Assembly (NCBI GenBank): GCA_963840035.1
Contig: CAWIXE010000002.1
Location: 640,001-704,000 of the forward strand
From: a candidate division FCPU426 bacterium
Lineage (GTDB): Bacteria > Oederibacteriota > PGYV01 > Palsa-1178
Length of the DNA: 64,000 nucleotides
Direction of reading: 5' to 3'
A model generated the notes under the pieces. That model did no database searches, had not been told where the DNA came from, and saw nothing but the letters and a program-made list of their open reading frames with translations. Every line of letters starts with the position of its first letter. The stretch's first letter is position 1. Below, piece by piece: positions 58,799 to 64,000 of this stretch. Made by a program: the position numbers and the translations under genes.

Positions 58799-60910
58799 TT
58801 AAAGCTTAAAAAGCATATCCGCGTAAGTCGGAACGGGCCATGCTGACGCCGGCATAATCTTCTCAGCCGCATCAACGTCTTTCCTTATGTCTTTAAGAGC
58901 CACAAAAACTGAATCCCTGTACATCTCGGCTTTCTTGACTGTTTCGCTGGTGTCCTGAGCCTTAACAGTGGCTTCCTCAAGCTTTGCTGTCTTTGATACT
59001 ATTGACTCAAGAAGCGTAGTGACGCTTTTCAGAAGAGCGGTCTGCGATGATGTTGAAACGCCGGTATCCTTAACAGCGCCTATTGTCTTGGCTAATTTGC
59101 CGGTAAAACCAATGACAGCCGGGATATAGAGCGTGTTGAGCATCTTTAAGGCTGTCATTGCCTCAATGTTGATGCATTTTGCGTACTGTTCTATATAGAT
59201 CTCGTACCTTGAGTGCAGTTCTTCGTTTGAGAGCACATTGTATTTTGCGAAAATATCCTTTGCTTTCTGTGTAGTGAATGCCTTATGGGCGTCCACTGTG
59301 TTCTTTACGTTCGGCAGTCCGCGTTTTTCGGCTTCTTTTACCCATTCTTCCGAGTAGTTGTTGCCGTTGAATATTATCCTGCCGTGGTCTTTCAGGGTCT
59401 CTTTTAAGATTGTCTTAATCTCGCTGTTTACATCTTTTGATTTTTCAAGCCTGGTTGCGAATTCATCAAGCGTCTCAGCCACTACCGTGTTAAGTATGAT
59501 GTTGGGGCTGGCTACTGAAGCTGAGGAACCGACCATCCTGAATTCGAACTTGTTTCCTGTAAAGGCGAAAGGAGATGTCCTGTTTCTGTCTGAGTTGTCG
59601 ACAGGGAACTGCGGGAGCGTATCCACGCCGATTTCGATAGGAGCGTTCTTATAGCCGTCAATCTTCCTGCCTTCCGCGACGGCCTTTATGGTTTCTGTAA
59701 TCTGATCTCCAAGGAACATGGAGATAATTGCCGGCGGGGCTTCGTTTGCGCCGAGCCTGTGGTCGTTACCCGGTGTTGCCGCGGCGCCTCTTAGCATATC
59801 AGCGTGTTTATCGACTGATTTGATAAGGGCTGAGAGAAATATAATGAACTGAGCGTTGTCGTGCGGATTGTCGCCCGGTTCCAGCAGGTTCATACCGTCA
59901 TCAGTGGAAAGCGACCAATTATTGTGTTTTCCTGAGCCGTTTACTCCCGCATATGGCTTTTCGTGGAGCAGGCATACAAGTCCGTGCCTTAAAGCCACTT
60001 TCTGCATGGTTTCCATGGCGAGCTGGTTATGGTCTACCGCAAGGTTCAGCGTCGCGTATACAGGCGCCATTTCAAACTGCGCCGGGGCAACTTCGTTATG
60101 CCTTGTCTTGGAGGAAATTCCCATCTTCCAGAGCTCGAGGTCTAGGTCTGTCATGAATGTTGAAACTTTATCCTTGAGCGCGCCAAAGTACTGGTCCTCA
60201 AGTTCCTGGCCTTTAGGCGACGGCGCGCCAAAAAGGGTGCGGCCCGTTAACATCAGGTCAAGTCTCTGCAGGAAGTATGTTTTATCTATCAGAAAGTATT
60301 CCTGCTCAGGCCCGAGAGTTGCAATAACCCTTTTTGTGTTTTTGTTTCCCATGGCCCGTAATACCCTTAAAGCCTGTTTTGATACGGCTTCAATTGAGCG
60401 AAGAACAGGAATCTTTTTATCAAGCGCTTCGCCTGTATATGAGTAGAAAGCCGTAGGTATGCAAAGTGTTACATCGCCATCTGAATCTTCCTTTAAGAAT
60501 GCCGGTGATGTGGGGTCCCATGCCGTATATCCGCGCGCTTCAAATGTGGCGCGTAATCCGCCGGAGGGGAATGAGGAAGCGTCAGGTTCGCCTTTAATTA
60601 GCTGGTTGCCTGAGAATTCCATTATGACGCTGCCGTCATCAGTGGGTGATATGAATGAGTCGTGTTTTTCAGCCGTTGTGTTTGTCAAAGGCTGAAACCA
60701 GTGGGTGTAATGCGACGCGCCGCGGGAAATGGCCCAGTCCTTCATGGCGTTCGCGATTACATTCGCGATTTCTTTTGTCAGGGGTTTGCCAGCTTCGATT
60801 GATTTTTTAAATTCCCTGAAAATGGTCTTTGGCAGGACTTCTTTCATTAACTTGTCATTAAAAACATTTGAACCAAATACTTCCGCAACATTTAACAACT
60901 TTTTTTCCAT
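58799..60910 (-). CDS. glnA: Glutamine synthetase type III
   Basis: 703 aa. [45 protein letters not shown] and [17 protein letters not shown] motifs. Confidence 0.96.
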   Translation of the reverse strand: MEKKLLNVAEVFGSNVFNDKLMKEVLPKTIFREFKKSIEAGKPLTKEIANVIANAMKDWAISRGASHYTHWFQPLTNTTAEKHDSFISPTDDGSVIMEFSGNQLIKGEPDASSFPSGGLRATFEARGYTAWDPTSPAFLKEDSDGDVTLCIPTAFYSYTGEALDKKIPVLRSIEAVSKQALRVLRAMGNKNTKRVIATLGPEQEYFLIDKTYFLQRLDLMLTGRTLFGAPSPKGQELEDQYFGALKDKVSTFMTDLDLELWKMGISSKTRHNEVAPAQFEMAPVYATLNLAVDHNQLAMETMQKVALRHGLVCLLHEKPYAGVNGSGKHNNWSLSTDDGMNLLEPGDNPHDNAQFIIFLSALIKSVDKHADMLRGAAATPGNDHRLGANEAPPAIISMFLGDQITETIKAVAEGRKIDGYKNAPIEIGVDTLPQFPVDNSDRNRTSPFAFTGNKFEFRMVGSSASVASPNIILNTVVAETLDEFATRLEKSKDVNSEIKTILKETLKDHGRIIFNGNNYSEEWVKEAEKRGLPNVKNTVDAHKAFTTQKAKDIFAKYNVLSNEELHSRYEIYIEQYAKCINIEAMTALKMLNTLYIPAVIGFTGKLAKTIGAVKDTGVSTSSQTALLKSVTTLLESIVSKTAKLEEATVKAQDTSETVKKAEMYRDSVFVALKDIRKDVDAAEKIMPASAWPVPTYADMLFKL

Positions 60911-60956
60911 GTTATATCTCCTTCGCCGACGATTTTAATACCTTTGGTATCATATA

Positions 60957-60972
60957 AGCAATATGCGTGCCG
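60957..60972 (-). promoter_or_regulatory. Sigma54 (-24/-12) promoter of GS-III
   Basis: Minus strand CGGCAC-GCATA-TTGCT. Confidence 0.85.
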
Positions 60973-61021
60973 TTTAAATTGATAATAATATAAGGGGTTT
61001 ATCAGCTTGTCACAAATTATT

Positions 61022-61141
61022 TGGTCAAGAATCATACAATAATTTCTCTTGAGTGGTTAAATATTAACCAAAAATTCTGATATTATGCTTGATTTATAAG
61101 GCGGGATATAGTAAATTGACCATGTGATTAGGTATTAACCA
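61022..61141. promoter_or_regulatory. 17-bp enhancer-like boxes shared with the amtB promoter
   Basis: TGGTCAAGAATCATACA (61022), TGGTTAAATATTAACCA (61054), TGATTAGGTATTAACCA (61125). Confidence 0.7.
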
Positions 61142-61169
61142 TTAAATGAGCAATAAAGGGAGTTTTCCT

Positions 61170-63254
61170 ATGTCAAAAAAACAGGAACCTATGAGCCAGC
61201 AGGATGGCGATTTTGAAAAGAAGATAATCAAATTAAAGCTGGTTCATTATATATCGGTTGAAATGAACAAGCCGCATTCCACAAAAGACCTCCTGACGCT
61301 TATACTTGAGCGCTGTCTTGAGTTAACCGGCGCTAAAACCGGAAGCGTAATGCTCATAGATGAAAAGGACCAGGTTCTGGATATAGTGGCTTTTAAAAAC
61401 CTTCCCATAAAGGCCGCGGAGAGTCCCAGGCTTAAACTCGGCGAGGGCGTTACGGGCTGGGTGGCGCAGACAGGAAATCCCAAACTGATAAATAACACCA
61501 GGCAGGACCCGATATATGTAAAAGTAAGGGAAGATCTTTTATCCGAACTTGCTGTCCCGATAAAAACTGAGAACAGGGTCATAGGCGTTATCAGCGTCGA
61601 CTCAAATAAGCAAAACGCGTTTACCGAGGATGACCTGGAGCTTTTAATAATGGTGGCTGAACTCGCGGCGCAGATTATTACCAAGGACCTTATACAGGAA
61701 CGTTTAAGCTCCAAAATACTTTCACAGGAGATATTAATAGATACTTTCCATATAATAGAACAGGAAGAATCCTTGAATGAGGTTTTCAACAAGGTTATGG
61801 AAGTGTTAAAGGGTAAAATGGGAATCCTGCGCGGCATGCTTGTGCTTTTTGACAAGGAAAATCCTGATTCGCTGAAAATTTACAGCGGTTATAAAATCAG
61901 CGAGGACGCCATAAAGAACGGCGTTTATAAGATTGGTGAAGGTATCATTGGAAACACGGTGTTAAAAGGGCAGACAATAGCCGTGGAAGATGTTACAAAG
62001 GACCCGAATTATTTAAACAAGCTGAAGATTCACAGGCAGGAAAAGAACTCGATTGTAGCCGCGCCAATCAAGGCGGGGCCGCGCGTGCTCGGCGTCCTTG
62101 AAATAGAAAAGGTTTTTGACGAGAAGGAGCACTTTCAGGATGGCGTTGATACCATCACTCTGCTTGCGTCCCTTATCGCGTACAGGGTAAGGAGCTTCCA
62201 GCGCCAGCAGGATGAAACGCAGAAACTTATAAGCGAAAATATCGAGCTGCGTAAAGAATTAAAAAAGGAATACAGCTTTAAAAATATTATCGGCAAGAAT
62301 GAGCAGGTAAGGAAAATACTGGAGCAGGTAAAAACGGTATCCAATACAACCGCGCCGGTGCTTATTACAGGGGAAACCGGGACAGGCAAGGAACTAATAG
62401 CTAAAATTACTCATTTTTTAAGCGACAGGCGCGAGAATAAGTTCATAAGCGTGAACTGCGCCGCAATCCCCGAGAATCTGCTGGAATCAGAACTCTTTGG
62501 CTATGAAAAAGGGGCGTTTACAGGGGCGGCCGGAAATAAAAAAGGAAAGTTTGAGCTGGCTGATAAAGGAACCCTGTTCCTTGATGAGATAGCTGAAATG
62601 CCGCTGCAGCTCCAGTCAAAGATACTGCGCGCGCTGCAGGAAAAAGAAATAGAGCCGCTGGGCAGCGAGAAAACGACAAAAGTGGACATACGCATAATAG
62701 CGGCCACGAATAAGGATTTAAAAAAGCTCGTGGATGACGGGAAGTTCAGGGCGGACCTGTTCTTCAGGCTAAATGTCATAAGCGTGCACATGCCGCCGCT
62801 GCGCGAGCGCAATGACGACATGCCCCTGCTTGTGGATTTTTTCATAAAAAGGTATAATGAACTGTATAATAAACAGGTGGCGGGCATAGATAAAAGCGTC
62901 GATGAAATATTTAAGAACTACCAGTGGCCCGGCAACATCAGGGAACTGGAAAATGTCATTGAACGGGCTGTTATTATGGCAAAAGGGAGCCTGATAGACA
63001 TATCGCTTATTCCTGACGCCATAAATCCCGCAAAGAACAAAGATGAAGGGTTCAATATCAGGAATTACATAAAGATAGAGGCAAAGAAAAAAGCCGATGG
63101 AAGCATATACAAGGAAGTAATAGGCGCGCTTGAAAAGTCGCTGATAGAGGAGCTGCTTGTTGAAACAGGAAACAACAAACTGCAGACAGCCGTAAAGCTC
63201 GGGATAAACAGAAATACGTTAAAGTCGAAAATGAAGGAATATGGGATAAATTAA
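61170..63254 (+). CDS. NifA-like sigma54-dependent activator (GAF-GAF-AAA+-HTH)
   Basis: Two GAF domains, GETGTGKE, intact GAFTGA, LFLDEI, WPGNIRELEN and Fis-type HTH (LGINRNTL). Confidence 0.93.
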   Translation: MSKKQEPMSQQDGDFEKKIIKLKLVHYISVEMNKPHSTKDLLTLILERCLELTGAKTGSVMLIDEKDQVLDIVAFKNLPIKAAESPRLKLGEGVTGWVAQTGNPKLINNTRQDPIYVKVREDLLSELAVPIKTENRVIGVISVDSNKQNAFTEDDLELLIMVAELAAQIITKDLIQERLSSKILSQEILIDTFHIIEQEESLNEVFNKVMEVLKGKMGILRGMLVLFDKENPDSLKIYSGYKISEDAIKNGVYKIGEGIIGNTVLKGQTIAVEDVTKDPNYLNKLKIHRQEKNSIVAAPIKAGPRVLGVLEIEKVFDEKEHFQDGVDTITLLASLIAYRVRSFQRQQDETQKLISENIELRKELKKEYSFKNIIGKNEQVRKILEQVKTVSNTTAPVLITGETGTGKELIAKITHFLSDRRENKFISVNCAAIPENLLESELFGYEKGAFTGAAGNKKGKFELADKGTLFLDEIAEMPLQLQSKILRALQEKEIEPLGSEKTTKVDIRIIAATNKDLKKLVDDGKFRADLFFRLNVISVHMPPLRERNDDMPLLVDFFIKRYNELYNKQVAGIDKSVDEIFKNYQWPGNIRELENVIERAVIMAKGSLIDISLIPDAINPAKNKDEGFNIRNYIKIEAKKKADGSIYKEVIGALEKSLIEELLVETGNNKLQTAVKLGINRNTLKSKMKEYGIN

Positions 63255-63478
63255 GGCAATCACAAAGCCCAAATCACAAATCCCAAAGATTTTCGTAGAG
63301 CCGCTGCTTGCTGCGGCTCAGGGCTGGAAATTAGTAGTCGCAGGCCTGCGTGTTATCGGCCTGCGCCTAGTTTAGTAATGGATATACGCAAACGTAAGAA
63401 CGTTCAAACCACTTTTACAATGCGAAGGCGCTAGCGGATATAAAAAATAATTTTAAAACAACTTGTTTGGAGGGAAGA

Positions 63479-64000
63479 ATGAACAGAAAAAATATTGTGG
63501 TTTGTATTCTTGTCCTTATGTCATTATTCATATTTACGGCCGCGACTAAGGCGAAGGCGGCGAAGACACCGAAGCCTACCGTCGCAAGCCTTACAAAACA
63601 GCTTAAAGCCGCTAATGATACAATAGCCGAGATTGAAGCCAAGAACACGTCTATAACGGCCAGGGTAACAGCGCTTGAAACCGATATTAAGAAGATGAAA
63701 AAGGATTCGGATACAAAATTTTTAATAACTGCCGGATCCGGCGCGGGTGCGGTTGTAATATGTCTCATAATAATAGCCGGGATGATAGGGGCAAAGCAGG
63801 GTTCCGGTAAAAAGAAAAAGTCTTCGGCAGTTCCTACGGTTGAAGAACACTTTAATGATATTGAATATCACGTAATGGATGACTGGCACAATATTTTTTA
63901 CCACCCGGAGAGGATAAATGTGGCTTTATACGACGATATGAAGAACCATTTCCCCGGGCTTTATAATGATATAGAAAAATGGAAAGCGGACATACAGAAA
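63479..64000 (+). CDS. Hypothetical membrane protein with coiled coil (3' end outside window)
   Basis: Read manually: MNRKNIVVCILVLMSLFIFTAA... signal peptide, coiled coil and TM. GGAGG SD; open to the window edge. Confidence 0.75.
   Translation, partial: MNRKNIVVCILVLMSLFIFTAATKAKAAKTPKPTVASLTKQLKAANDTIAEIEAKNTSITARVTALETDIKKMKKDSDTKFLITAGSGAGAVVICLIIIAGMIGAKQGSGKKKKSSAVPTVEEHFNDIEYHVMDDWHNIFYHPERINVALYDDMKNHFPGLYNDIEKWKADIQK

Noticed and set aside
61170..63254. Evidence of nitrogen fixation from the NifA-like protein
   Set aside because: No nif structural genes are in the window, and the candidate boxes differ from the NifA TGT-N10-ACA site.

Overview
Bacterial chromosomal window with a diderm gene set (outer-membrane beta-barrels, lipoproteins) and an anaerobic/fermentative flavour (NfnAB, GS type III). 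Thr-alternating linkers and CTD-bearing secreted proteins suggest a poorly characterised candidate phylum, but taxonomy cannot be fixed from this window. The left part holds a TPR protein, four paralogous OM beta-barrel genes, a secreted glycoside hydrolase, tRNA-Gln(CTG), msrA, folD, coaD, HU, DUF4912-GH57, TPM-NTase-LemA, ogt, recO and two NlpC/P60 genes. The middle holds an unusual glycan-utilisation operon: a 4xCBM-like/beta-barrel fusion, a dead-GH5/Fn3/active-GH5 enzyme and a CBM lipoprotein. The right part (about 40-63.3 kb) is a large nitrogen-assimilation cluster: gltBD, nfnAB, GAF-ANTAR, gdhA, two amt-glnK pairs, a TorF-like porin, GS-III and a double-GAF sigma54 activator. Its likely regulatory wiring can be read from the DNA: twin ANTAR hairpins before gdhA, two sigma54 promoters, shared 17-bp enhancer boxes and an unannotated 18-aa leader ORF. 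Intergenic DNA throughout carries inverted pairs of degenerate heptamer arrays (several unrelated heptamer families), GTAG-type REP/BIME arrays and one MITE-like element. No CRISPR array, rRNA or transposase gene was seen.
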